A DNA stretch of 64,000 nucleotides, taken from assembly GCA_902623585.1 (NCBI GenBank), contig CACNUO010000001.1, positions 7,564 through 71,563 on the forward strand. Direction: 5' to 3'. The notes under the pieces are model-generated. The model was not told where the DNA came from and did no database searches. It was given only the letters and a program-made list of their open reading frames with translations. Below, in pieces: positions 1 to 9,268 of the stretch. The translations under genes and the position numbers were made by a program. Each line of letters starts with the position of its first letter. Positions within the stretch are counted from its first letter, which is position 1. This DNA comes from an uncultured Alphaproteobacteria bacterium. GTDB lineage: Bacteria > Pseudomonadota > Alphaproteobacteria > HIMB59 > GCA-002718135.

Positions 1-213
1 TTTTTTTGGCACTTTTGTCATTTTTATAGCTGTGTTAGCTTTTTTAAATAGTATTGGTGTAACTTGATTAACTCTTTCATCTGTACATTGAGCACTAAGA
101 AGTACAGCTACAACTAATTCAAATTTATTTTTGTGGTTCAGAGGAATAGGTACTTTTCTGTATATACGATTTAGTATTCTAGAGATCTCCTGTGCCTTCT
201 CTATTTTTTTCAC
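1..213 (-). CDS. nth: endonuclease III (DNA glycosylase/AP lyase); N-terminal 71 codons only, gene continues past the left edge
   Basis: Not in the ORF track because there is no stop inside the window. Reverse-strand translation from GTG (213..211) reads VKKIEKAQEISRILNRIYRKVPIPLNHKNKFELVVAVLLSAQCTDERVNQVTPILFKKANT..., which matches the conserved Nth N-terminus (LLSAQ-TD-VN). The complement of 223..230 is GGAGGAGG, a Shine-Dalgarno sequence 9 nt upstream. Confidence 0.8.
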   Translation of the reverse strand, partial: MKKIEKAQEISRILNRIYRKVPIPLNHKNKFELVVAVLLSAQCTDERVNQVTPILFKKANTAIKMTKVPKK

Positions 214-244
214 TATATCAAGCCTCCTCCAAGGGTATGTCTAA

Positions 245-294
245 ATTAATACTAATAATTATGACAAAATATAGCACTTATTAATACTAATAAT
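245..294. repeat. two exact 15-nt direct repeats ATTAATACTAATAAT (245..259 and 280..294, 35-bp period) in the divergent nth / ABC-operon spacer; possible regulator binding sites
   Basis: Read directly from the sequence. This 141-nt spacer is the longest in the window. Confidence 0.5.
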
Positions 295-354
295 ATTGAA
301 TATTTCTATTGAAGTTGTATGGGTCTACCATCAAATTTCTATGGAGGAAATAAT

Positions 355-1929
355 ATGAAAAAGACTTTAAGCATTGTTTTGTCTTTGCTTTTCATGGGTA
401 TTTTTTCACCAGCATTTGCAAATAGTATTAAATGGTCAATGCCTGGTGACTCTTTAACTCTTGATCCGCATGCACAAAACGAAGGACCAACTCACATGGT
501 TTCGCGTCAAGTATATGAAGGTTTAGTAACTCCAGGTATTAATATGGAAATACTTCCTCAGCTTGCTGAATCATGGAAAACAACTGCTGATGACACTTGG
601 ATATTTACAATTCGTAAGGGTGTAAAATTTCATGATGGATCAGATTTAACAGCTAGTGATATTGCTTTTAGTATCAATAGAGCAAAAACTGCTCCATCTG
701 ATATGGTAGATTTAATTAAAAGCATTAAATCAGCATCAGCATTAACTGATCACACAGTTCAGATTGTAACAGATGGACCAAATCCAATTCTTTTAAATCA
801 ATTAACTCAGATATTTGTTATGTCTGAAGATTGGGCAAAAGCAAATGGTTGTGAAGTTTCATACAACTGGGATGCAGGTGAAACATCTTATTGTGCTTCT
901 AATGCAAATGGAACTGGACCTTTCAAAATTACTTTTAGAGAACAGGACGTAAGAACTGTTTTTGAAAAAAATAATGATTGGTGGGGTGATGATAGTACTT
1001 TCAATGTAGATACTATTGAATTACTTCCTATTGCAAATGATGCAACAAGAGTTGCAGCACTTCTATCTGGAGAAATTGACTACACAAACGTTGTTCCTGT
1101 TCAAGATATTGAGAGAATCAAATCTTCTGCTGGACATGGTGTAAAAATGACTCCTCAAAATAGAACAATATTTTTTGGAATGGATCAAGGTTCTGCTGAA
1201 TTAAATTCATCTAATATCAAAGGTAAAAATCCTTTTGCAGATAAAAGAGTTCGTTTAGCTATGTACCATGCTTTAGATATGGAAGCTATTAAGGATAAGG
1301 TAATGAGAGGACAAAGTGTTCCTGCAGGAATTATCACTGCTCCTGGTGTAAATGGTCATACAGCTGCACGTGATGAAAGATTACCTTATGATCCAGAGCT
1401 ATCAAAAAAACTATTAGCAGAAGCTGGTTATCCAGATGGATTTGAAGTTACACTAGATTGTCCAAATGATCGTTACATAAACGATGAAGCAATCTGTGTT
1501 GCTGCAATTGGTATGTTTGCTAAAATTGGAGTTGATGTAACTCTTGATGCAAAAACTAAAAGTCAACACTTCTCAGAAGTTAAAGAAGGTGACGCAAACG
1601 GTATGACAAGTGACATGTACATGTTAGGTTGGGGTGTTCCAACTTTTGATAGTCATTACGTATACTCGTACTTATTTGATAGTGCTGGTAGCTGGAATAA
1701 AGTTAATTTCAGTAATGCTAGAGTTGATGAGTTAGTAGCGGCAATGGGTGTTGAAACAGATCAAGATAAAAGAAATGCTATGATTGCCGAAGCTTGGGAT
1801 ATTACTCAAGATGATGTAACATATCTTCCTTTACATCACCAAGTTGTCAACCAAGCATCAAAAAGTAATGTCGATGTTCCAATTAGAATGAACAACGAGC
1901 CATTATTTAGATTTGCAAACGTAAACTAA
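355..1929 (+). CDS. ABC transporter substrate-binding protein, family 5 (peptide/nickel/opine/glutathione type)
   Basis: Track ORF 319..1929. I prefer ATG 355 because it has GGAGG 8 nt upstream and gives the signal peptide MKKTLSIVLSLLFMGIFSPAFA. Size (~525 aa) and fold-family sequence are typical of DppA/OppA/GsiB-like SBPs, and two permeases and an ATPase follow. Confidence 0.9.
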   Translation: MKKTLSIVLSLLFMGIFSPAFANSIKWSMPGDSLTLDPHAQNEGPTHMVSRQVYEGLVTPGINMEILPQLAESWKTTADDTWIFTIRKGVKFHDGSDLTASDIAFSINRAKTAPSDMVDLIKSIKSASALTDHTVQIVTDGPNPILLNQLTQIFVMSEDWAKANGCEVSYNWDAGETSYCASNANGTGPFKITFREQDVRTVFEKNNDWWGDDSTFNVDTIELLPIANDATRVAALLSGEIDYTNVVPVQDIERIKSSAGHGVKMTPQNRTIFFGMDQGSAELNSSNIKGKNPFADKRVRLAMYHALDMEAIKDKVMRGQSVPAGIITAPGVNGHTAARDERLPYDPELSKKLLAEAGYPDGFEVTLDCPNDRYINDEAICVAAIGMFAKIGVDVTLDAKTKSQHFSEVKEGDANGMTSDMYMLGWGVPTFDSHYVYSYLFDSAGSWNKVNFSNARVDELVAAMGVETDQDKRNAMIAEAWDITQDDVTYLPLHHQVVNQASKSNVDVPIRMNNEPLFRFANVN

Positions 1930-1941
1930 TAATTTTTATAT

Positions 1942-1967
1942 TTTCTGGCCAGTAATCTGGCCAGAAA
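1942..1967 (+). promoter_or_regulatory. GC-rich intercistronic hairpin (11-bp perfect stem TTTCTGGCCAG / CTGGCCAGAAA, 4-nt loop TAAT) between the SBP and the first permease gene
   Basis: The perfect inverted repeat was read directly. No U-tract follows, so it is more likely an mRNA-stabilising or partial-attenuation element than a full terminator. Confidence 0.6.
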
Positions 1968-1974
1968 TTAAACC

Positions 1975-2952
1975 ATGTTTAGCTATTTCTTTAAAAGACT
2001 CTTTCAATCTATTCTTGTAATGATTGTTGTGGCTTTTGTTTCATTTTCCTTATTTAATTTTGTTGGTGATCCAGTAAATAGTATGACTGGAGAAGATGCT
2101 TCAGATGAAAGACGTGCTGAGGTTAGAGAAGTATTGGGTTTAAATGATCCTGTTTACGTTCAATTTTCACGTTTTATAGGAAATGTAATTCAAGGTGATT
2201 TTGGAATATCATACCAATTAAAAAGAGAAGTTTCAGACTTAATTGCAGAAAGAATGCCTGCAACTTTAGAATTAGTTTTCGTCTCCGCTTTAATTGCAAT
2301 CATCAGCGGTGTCATCTTGGGTGTATATACTGGTATTTACAGAGACAGTTTTATTTCTAATATTATTCTTGTGATTTCTCTAGCAGGGGTTTCATTACCT
2401 ACATTCATTATAGGAATAATGTTAATTTATTTGTTTTCAGTAATTTTAGGAGTTCTTCCATCCTTTGGAAGAGGTGAAGTCACACAATTAGGTTTTTGGA
2501 GTACAGGATTTTTAACTATTTCTGGTTTAAAAGCACTGATACTCCCATCAGTTACGTTAAGTTTATTTCAAATGACCTATGTTATTAGATTAGTCCGCGC
2601 TGAAATGATGGAAATTTTACAAACAGATTATATTAAATTTGCAAAAGCAAGAGGTATAAAAAGGAGTGTTATTAATTATAAGCATGCGCTAAAAAATGGA
2701 TTAATTCCAGTTATTACTATTACAGGTATTAACATTGGAACGTTAATTGCTTTTTCAATTATTACAGAAACAGTTTTTCAATGGCCAGGCATGGGGTCAT
2801 TATTTATCAAAGCAGTATACTTTGTCGATATTCCAATTATGTCAGCATACATGATTATGGTAGCTTTTATATTTGTTATGATAAATTTTATTGTAGATAT
2901 CACATACTATTTTATTGATCCTAGAATTAGGCTGAAGGAAGAGGGTAGTTAA
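1975..2952 (+). CDS. ABC transporter permease (DppB/OppB/GsiC-like)
   Basis: 325 aa, multi-TM, N-terminal MFSYFFKRLFQSILVMIVV... typical of the BPD_transp_1 family; operon context. Confidence 0.9.
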   Translation: MFSYFFKRLFQSILVMIVVAFVSFSLFNFVGDPVNSMTGEDASDERRAEVREVLGLNDPVYVQFSRFIGNVIQGDFGISYQLKREVSDLIAERMPATLELVFVSALIAIISGVILGVYTGIYRDSFISNIILVISLAGVSLPTFIIGIMLIYLFSVILGVLPSFGRGEVTQLGFWSTGFLTISGLKALILPSVTLSLFQMTYVIRLVRAEMMEILQTDYIKFAKARGIKRSVINYKHALKNGLIPVITITGINIGTLIAFSIITETVFQWPGMGSLFIKAVYFVDIPIMSAYMIMVAFIFVMINFIVDITYYFIDPRIRLKEEGS

Positions 2953-2953
2953 A

Positions 2954-3877
2954 ATGCTACTTAAAACGTACAATAAAATATACGATACTGATATTGGATA
3001 CAGTTTCTTTAATTCTAAATTAGCAGTAATTTCTTCAACAATATTTTTTATTATACTTTTTTGTTCTGTATTTGCTGGGATAGTTGCACCTTATAATCCT
3101 TTTGATCCAGCATCAGTTTCTTTAATGGATGCCTTTACCCCACCAGTATGGTCGGAGGGAGGAAGTTTAAGCTTCATATTAGGAACTGATCAGCAAGGAA
3201 GAGATATGTTTTCAACAATGATTTATGGTTCAAGAATTTCACTGATCGTTGGTTTTGCATCTATAATTTTTGCAATGATACTTGGAGTTTTTCTTGGAAT
3301 AACAGCTGGATATATTGGTGGTAGGTATGAGATAATTGTAATGCGCCTTACAGATGTGCAGTTAACTATTCCAAGTATTTTAATGGCTTTACTTGTTGAT
3401 GGTATTGCAAGGGCAATTATCTCACAATCAATGCATGACGAAATGGCAATTTATGTTTTGATTTTCGCCATTGGTATTTCAGAATGGCCTCAGTTTGCAA
3501 GAGTATCGAGAGCATCAACCTTAGTTGAAAAAAATAAAGAGTATGTCTCAGCTTCAAGAATTATTGGATTATCAAATATATTAATTATGTTTAAGCATAT
3601 TTTACCAAATATACTTCGGCCTATATTAGTAATTGCTACAATCGGATTAGCACTTGCAATTATTACAGAGTCCACCTTAAGTTTTTTAGGTGTTGGCGTT
3701 CCACCAACAACACCTTCTCTTGGGACTCTAATAAGGTTTGGAAATAATTTTTTGTTTTCAGGAGAGTGGTGGATTACTTTTTTTCCAGCAATTTTCTTAA
3801 TTGTTTTAGCATTATCAATTAATTTATTAGGGGATTGGATGAGAGATGCTTTAAATCCAAAATTAAAAAAGAGATGA
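2954..3877 (+). CDS. ABC transporter permease (DppC/OppC/GsiD-like)
   Basis: 307 aa, multi-TM. Starts 1 nt after the upstream stop. C-terminal GDWMRDALNPKL is typical of the OppC family. Confidence 0.9.
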   Translation: MLLKTYNKIYDTDIGYSFFNSKLAVISSTIFFIILFCSVFAGIVAPYNPFDPASVSLMDAFTPPVWSEGGSLSFILGTDQQGRDMFSTMIYGSRISLIVGFASIIFAMILGVFLGITAGYIGGRYEIIVMRLTDVQLTIPSILMALLVDGIARAIISQSMHDEMAIYVLIFAIGISEWPQFARVSRASTLVEKNKEYVSASRIIGLSNILIMFKHILPNILRPILVIATIGLALAIITESTLSFLGVGVPPTTPSLGTLIRFGNNFLFSGEWWITFFPAIFLIVLALSINLLGDWMRDALNPKLKKR

Positions 3878-5592
3878 GTTTTTTAGAAGTAAAAAATTTA
3901 AACATAAGTTATCCAACACGAAAGGAAACTATTGTTGCAAGCAAAAATGTAGAATTTTCTTTAGAAAGAGGTGAAATATTAGGAATTGTCGGTGAGTCTG
4001 GATCTGGAAAATCTACAATTGCAAATGCGATAATTAACTTGATTGATCCTCCAGGTGAAATCACAGATGGTTCAATAAAAATAGACAATATTGAATTAAG
4101 AAGTAATGAAGAAATAATTCAAAATATTAGAGGAAAAAAAATAGGATTTGTCTTTCAAGACCCTCAAACTTCATTAAACCCTCTATTTAAAATAAAAGAT
4201 CAATTAATTGAAACTATTCAGGCTCATTTAAATTTAAGTTATCAAGATTCACTTAAAAAATCAATTCAACTACTTAAAGAGGTTGGAATAGAGAACGCTG
4301 AAAAAAGAATTGAAGACTATCCACACCAATTTAGCGGCGGTATGCGTCAAAGAGTTGTGATAGCTTTAGCGATAAGTTGTGAACCTGACTTAATAATTGC
4401 AGATGAACCAACAACAGCTTTAGATGTAAGTATTCAATATCAAATATTAGAACTTCTTAAAGATCTTACAAAGAAAAGAAATCTTGGTGTTATAATTATT
4501 ACCCATGATATGGGAGTCATAGCAGAGACGACTGATAAAGTTATTGTCATGAGATACGGACATATTGTTGAACAAGGTGAGACTAAAGAATTATTAACAA
4601 ATCCAAAATCAACAGAAGCAAGAAGCTTAGTAATTTCAGTGCCACCAACAAATAAGAAAATTGATAGATTTAAATTGATTAGCCCCGATGGCAAGGAAAT
4701 AACATCTAGTTCCAAGGATTTGACTAAAAATATTATTAAAACATGGGGCATAAGGGAAAATAAAAATCAAAAATTATTAAAACTTGAGGAAGTGACAAAA
4801 GTTTTTGATGATAATTCTTTAGGTAGTGGTTTTTCATTTATTTCTAATAAAAGTTCGAATGATAAAATAGTTAAAGCTGTCGACAATGTATCTTTTGAAT
4901 TATTCGAAGGTGAGACACTTGGATTAGTTGGAGAGTCTGGTTCAGGTAAATCAACTATTGCAAAAATTATTACTGGATTAATTAGTCCTAATAAAGGTAA
5001 TTTAATTTATAATAATGAACCTCTATATAATTCAAATAAAAAATATCAAATTCATAATAGTAGAGGTCAAATTCAAATGATTTTTCAAGATCCTTACTCA
5101 TCTCTAAATCCTCGCTTCAAAGTTAAGGATATTATTGCAGAACCAATTAAATTTTTTCAAAAAAATATTAGCAATAATGATCTTTTACAAAATGTTTACG
5201 ACCTAATAGATATTGTTGGAATGACCAGACAATCTCTAGATCGATACCCACATGAATTCTCAGGAGGTCAAAGGCAGAGAATATCTATTGCTCGTGCCTT
5301 GGCAACAAGACCAAGATTATTAATATGTGATGAACCAACTTCTGCATTGGATGTCAGTATACAAGCACAAATATTGAATTTATTAAAAGATATACAAGAT
5401 GAACTTCATCTCACTATGCTATTTATTAGCCATGATCTTCCTGTAATTCGCCAAATGTGTAACCGAATAATTGTACTAAAAAATGGTGCTGTTTGTGAAA
5501 CAAAAGATACAGAGGAATTGTTTAATAATCCTGAGCATGAATATACGAAGGAATTAATTAGACTTATGCCTAAAATTGAATCAATTATTTAA
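3874..5592 (+). CDS. fused double ATP-binding protein of the ABC importer (two NBDs in one chain, GsiA-like architecture)
   Basis: Two Walker A motifs (GESGSGKST twice), two signature motifs (FSGGMRQR, FSGGQRQR) and two Walker B motifs (IIADEPT, LICDEPT). I prefer ATG 3874, which overlaps the permease stop as ATGA, over the track start at 3835. Confidence 0.9.
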   Translation: MSFLEVKNLNISYPTRKETIVASKNVEFSLERGEILGIVGESGSGKSTIANAIINLIDPPGEITDGSIKIDNIELRSNEEIIQNIRGKKIGFVFQDPQTSLNPLFKIKDQLIETIQAHLNLSYQDSLKKSIQLLKEVGIENAEKRIEDYPHQFSGGMRQRVVIALAISCEPDLIIADEPTTALDVSIQYQILELLKDLTKKRNLGVIIITHDMGVIAETTDKVIVMRYGHIVEQGETKELLTNPKSTEARSLVISVPPTNKKIDRFKLISPDGKEITSSSKDLTKNIIKTWGIRENKNQKLLKLEEVTKVFDDNSLGSGFSFISNKSSNDKIVKAVDNVSFELFEGETLGLVGESGSGKSTIAKIITGLISPNKGNLIYNNEPLYNSNKKYQIHNSRGQIQMIFQDPYSSLNPRFKVKDIIAEPIKFFQKNISNNDLLQNVYDLIDIVGMTRQSLDRYPHEFSGGQRQRISIARALATRPRLLICDEPTSALDVSIQAQILNLLKDIQDELHLTMLFISHDLPVIRQMCNRIIVLKNGAVCETKDTEELFNNPEHEYTKELIRLMPKIESII

Positions 5593-6735
5593 CTAATGAA
5601 TAATAGGTAAATTTTCAGGAGTTCTAGTACTTAAAAGTTTATAGGAATTTTTAGTTATCAATAAATTTTCTTCTTGTACTAATATTTTATTTTCGTCCAT
5701 TTCAATTGATGGCTCAAGAGTTATAATCATATTTTCCTCAAGTAATGTTTTGTCATTTTTCATAATACTTGGCGGCTCAGTCAGTTGTAAGCCTAAACCA
5801 TGACCCATCCTTCCAACTGATATGTTGTTAGTTGTTAAACTATAAGATAATTTAGAATATATTTCTGAACAACTAGTTCCAGGTTTTATAATTTCTAAAG
5901 TTCTCTCAGTTGCTTCCCACAATTTATTATATGCATCTAGAACTTGTTTGTTAATTCTTCCAAAGCCAAAATTTCTATCGAAATCTGAAAAATAACCATT
6001 TAATGTTGCACCGGTATCAATAATTAGAATATCACCATCTTTAGTTACCCTTTCTGTTGGGTTACAGATAATCTGATTATAACCATTAAGTCCCGAAGCA
6101 CTCGCCATATATTGAATATAATCTGCACCACACTCAATTAATTCTTTTTTAAATATTGATGTAATTTGTTTTTCACTCATTCCTAAATTAATTTTTTCAG
6201 GAAAATTATCAAACACCTTACTTGTAATAGAACAAATTTCTTTAATATTACTGATCTCTATTTCAGATTTTAATTTTCTTATACTCCAAAGTATTTTACT
6301 AGCATCAACAAAATTATATTCTGATAAATTTTTTTGAATATCCTGATAATCGTTAATACTCATTCGCAAAAAAGTTTCATTTCCTAATTCAAAACCAATA
6401 TTTGAATTTTTAGGAAAACTTTTGATGTTTTTTTTCAATAAAGATATTCCTTCATCTTTTGGATTTGGAGACTCCCAAGTTTCGATATCATTGACTAATG
6501 TGTTTTGCATAGCTGTAATACCAATAGATGGAATTATAGCTTTAATTGGATTTTTTTTTGAAATAATTAAATACCAGGGTCTTGTAGGACTTTCCCAAAA
6601 ATTACTATCAAGTCCTGTGAAATATCTAAAATTTGACGGTGAAGTTATAATAACAGCATCAATATTTTCTTTTTCAATATGTATTTGTATTTTTTCAATT
6701 CTGGAAATAAATTCTTCTTTTGGAAAATCGTTCAT
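5593..6735 (-). CDS. M24-family metallopeptidase (Xaa-Pro aminopeptidase/dipeptidase type, creatinase-like N-domain)
   Basis: 380 aa. The pita-bread motifs IIDTGATLNGYFSDFDRNF, GHGLGLQLTEPP, ITLEPS and VQEENLLIT retain the D, D, H, E, E metal ligands. Confidence 0.8.
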   Translation of the reverse strand: MNDFPKEEFISRIEKIQIHIEKENIDAVIITSPSNFRYFTGLDSNFWESPTRPWYLIISKKNPIKAIIPSIGITAMQNTLVNDIETWESPNPKDEGISLLKKNIKSFPKNSNIGFELGNETFLRMSINDYQDIQKNLSEYNFVDASKILWSIRKLKSEIEISNIKEICSITSKVFDNFPEKINLGMSEKQITSIFKKELIECGADYIQYMASASGLNGYNQIICNPTERVTKDGDILIIDTGATLNGYFSDFDRNFGFGRINKQVLDAYNKLWEATERTLEIIKPGTSCSEIYSKLSYSLTTNNISVGRMGHGLGLQLTEPPSIMKNDKTLLEENMIITLEPSIEMDENKILVQEENLLITKNSYKLLSTRTPENLPIIH

Positions 6736-6784
6736 AAATTGATAAATAACATAACAATAACATAAATTAACAATAAGAAATACT

Positions 6785-7201
6785 TTGATCTATTCATCAT
6801 TATTTATTTTTTGTTTGTCTTTAGGTACTTTTTTTCCTTTTGCTTCAGAGACATATTTATCAGCACTATTATTATCTAATAAGTATAATCCATTTTTATT
6901 ATTATTTTTTGCTTCAGCAGGTAATATTTTAGGATCTCTAATCAGTTGGATATGTGGTTACTTTGTAAATTTTCTTATTAAGAAACCTTGGTTCCCAGTA
7001 AATCAATACTTATTACAGAAAGCTACAGATATTTTCAAAAAGTATGGAAAATGGTCATTATTATTTTCATGGGTACCTATTATTGGAGATCCAATCGCAT
7101 TTGCAGCAGGTACAGTAAAATATAATATTACTTTTTTTTTAATATTTGTATCTATTGGGAAAATTGCTAGATATTTGATAATATATTTATATCTTATCTA
7201 A
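6785..7201 (+). CDS. YqaA/DedA-related small inner-membrane protein
   Basis: 138 aa, 4 predicted TM segments. ...SETYLSALLL...FSWVPIIGDPIAFAAGTVK resembles the YqaA (SNARE-associated/DedA-like) family. The start is TTG with no nearby ATG, so the start is uncertain. Confidence 0.6.
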   Translation: MIYSSLFIFCLSLGTFFPFASETYLSALLLSNKYNPFLLLFFASAGNILGSLISWICGYFVNFLIKKPWFPVNQYLLQKATDIFKKYGKWSLLFSWVPIIGDPIAFAAGTVKYNITFFLIFVSIGKIARYLIIYLYLI

Positions 7202-7204
7202 ATA

Positions 7205-8167
7205 GTGATGTTTGAAAATCTTATATTTGTTTTCATTATTGGTTTTTTATCTGGAGTTGGTTTTTTAGCAATTTTATTTTTTCTTCGCAAACCAAAAAGT
7301 TCTGAAATAAAAGATGATACTGATCTTACTTCCTTAAAAAATCACATGCAATCAATTCAGCAATCTTTACAAAATTTTAATTTAGCTCAAGATAGAATTG
7401 AAAATACATTAATTAGAGGTGGTGCGCTTCAACAAGGTCCTTGGGGAGAATTTGTACTTAAAAATATTTTAGATAGTGTTGGTTTAAGAGAAGGAGAAGA
7501 GTACTCAACTCAAAAAACTTTTAGAGATGAAGATGGCAATTTACAAAAACCCGATGTAATTGTTCATATGCCAGGTAATAGACACATAATTATAGATTCA
7601 AAAGTGTCCTTAGATTCTTGGCATGATTATTCTAATACAAATGACAATCAACAAAAGAAGATATTTTTGAAAAAATTTTTGGATTCAACAAAAACTTCGA
7701 TTAGAAGTTTGAGTAAAGATAATTATTCAAAAATATATGGAATCAATACAATTGATAATGTTTTAATGTTTGTTCCAATAGAGCCAGCGCTACTTACTTT
7801 ATATAATGAGGCAAATAAACTTATAGAAGATTCATGGAACAATAAAATAATTATTGTTGGTCCATCAACTTTACCCTTTTTACTTAAAGCTGTAGAAAAT
7901 ATGTGGCGGGTTGATAAACAATCTAAAACAATAAAAGATATAGCATCAGCTGCATCAGATATTTATGATAAAACAGTCAGTGTATATGAGTCGTTTGTAA
8001 AAGCTAATCAGTCAATAGATTTAGCTAAATCAAAAATGGATGAAGCTAAACAAAGACTGAAAGATGGTTCAGGAAGTTTGACTAAAAAAGTAGAAAAGAT
8101 GAAAAAATTAGGAAGATTAAGCACTAAAAAACAGTTGCCAGATATAAATGACGATGTAATAAACTAA
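7205..8167 (+). CDS. rmuC: DNA recombination protein RmuC (short form with N-terminal TM anchor)
   Basis: The core KPDVIVHMPGNRHIIIDSKVSL...VLMFVPIEPA matches the RmuC nuclease-like domain. The start is GTG 7205 or ATG 7208. Confidence 0.8.
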   Translation: MMFENLIFVFIIGFLSGVGFLAILFFLRKPKSSEIKDDTDLTSLKNHMQSIQQSLQNFNLAQDRIENTLIRGGALQQGPWGEFVLKNILDSVGLREGEEYSTQKTFRDEDGNLQKPDVIVHMPGNRHIIIDSKVSLDSWHDYSNTNDNQQKKIFLKKFLDSTKTSIRSLSKDNYSKIYGINTIDNVLMFVPIEPALLTLYNEANKLIEDSWNNKIIIVGPSTLPFLLKAVENMWRVDKQSKTIKDIASAASDIYDKTVSVYESFVKANQSIDLAKSKMDEAKQRLKDGSGSLTKKVEKMKKLGRLSTKKQLPDINDDVIN

Positions 8168-8171
8168 ATAA

Positions 8172-8657
8172 ATGCCTAGTTTTGATATTGTAAACAGATT
8201 AGATCATCAAGAAATTGATAACGCATTAGGAAATGCAACAAGAGAAATTACTACTAGGTACGATTTTAAAGGATCAGATACTTCAATTGAAAAAAAAGAA
8301 AATACTATAGTTGTTACTACTGATGATGAAATGAAAGCTGGTCAAGTAAATGACATGCTGGTTACTCATTTTGTTAGACGAAAAGTTGATCCTTTATGTT
8401 TAAAAAAAAATGATATGGAAAAAGCTGGGGGGAATAAAATTCGTCAGACGTATGAATTAGTAGAAGGAATTGAACAATCACTGTGTAAAAAAATTACTTC
8501 TGATATCAAAAGTTCTAAATTAAAAGTTCAAGTAAAGATCAATGGGAATGAACTTCGTGTTGAAGGAAAGAAAAAAGATGATTTACAAAGTGTAATGAAG
8601 CTTATTGAGGATGCTAAGATAGGTATACCAGTCCAATTTGTAAATTTTAGAGATTAA
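8172..8657 (+). CDS. yajQ: YajQ-family nucleotide-binding protein (UPF0234)
   Basis: 161 aa. The N-terminus MPSFDIVNRLDHQEIDNAL matches the YajQ consensus start MPSFDIV. Confidence 0.9.
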   Translation: MPSFDIVNRLDHQEIDNALGNATREITTRYDFKGSDTSIEKKENTIVVTTDDEMKAGQVNDMLVTHFVRRKVDPLCLKKNDMEKAGGNKIRQTYELVEGIEQSLCKKITSDIKSSKLKVQVKINGNELRVEGKKKDDLQSVMKLIEDAKIGIPVQFVNFRD

Positions 8658-8659
8658 AA

Positions 8660-9268
8660 ATGATTACATGGGAATTAATAGCTGCTTTAGCAGTGTATAA
8701 TTTTATTATGTACGTAACTCCAGGTCCAAATAATAGTATTTTAACTGCATCAGGTATAAAATTTGGATTTATAAGATCTATACCTAATATTTTTGGCATT
8801 CCTTCTGGTCATGGTTTGCAATTAGCACTTGTATGTCTCGGTCTTGGATCTTTGTTTATTACCTATCCTATACTCTATGATATTTTAAGATATGTTGGCG
8901 CAGGCTACATTCTTTATTTAGCATATAAAATGTTTGGGTCTTTAAATATTTCAAAGACTGAAGATAGATCAAGACCATTAAAATATCATGAAGCAATTTT
9001 GTTTCAATTTGTAAATCCAAAAGCTTGGGTAATCTGTTCAACTGCAGTAACATTATATTATCCAAAAGATGAAAATATAATAATTGGAACACTATTTATG
9101 GTCATTATGTCTACAGTAGTAAATATTCCTTCTATTAGTATATGGGCATATGGAGGAAGTGTTATCAGACAATATCTTAATAATGAAAAATTAAAAATAA
9201 TTGTTGAATGGTTTTTAGCAATCCTTTTAATTATAACCGCAGGCTCAGTTTTATTTTACAACGCTTAA
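8660..9268 (+). CDS. LysE/RhtB-family amino-acid exporter
   Basis: 202 aa, 6 TM, N-terminal TPGPNN motif typical of the LysE superfamily. Confidence 0.85.
   Translation: MITWELIAALAVYNFIMYVTPGPNNSILTASGIKFGFIRSIPNIFGIPSGHGLQLALVCLGLGSLFITYPILYDILRYVGAGYILYLAYKMFGSLNISKTEDRSRPLKYHEAILFQFVNPKAWVICSTAVTLYYPKDENIIIGTLFMVIMSTVVNIPSISIWAYGGSVIRQYLNNEKLKIIVEWFLAILLIITAGSVLFYNA

Noticed and set aside
319-354. N-terminal extensions offered by the ORF track: 319..354 (SBP), 3835..3873 (ATPase), 10107..10145 (TPR protein), 33685..33756 (DUF465), 44435..44449 (tgt), 52090..52116 (aroK) and 59607..59630 (methyltransferase-like).
   Set aside because: Downstream in-frame ATG codons give canonical N-termini, such as a signal peptide, the usual P-loop distance, or an ATGA coupling with the upstream stop. 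Several of the extensions start at TTG and would overlap the neighbouring gene more deeply.
5593-6735. Calling the M24 protein a creatinase (creatine amidinohydrolase) because of its creatinase-like N-domain.
   Set aside because: The five metal-ligand positions of pita-bread metallopeptidases (D, D, H, E, E) appear retained, whereas creatinase is metal-independent. An Xaa-Pro peptidase type is more likely. Substrate specificity is still unverified.
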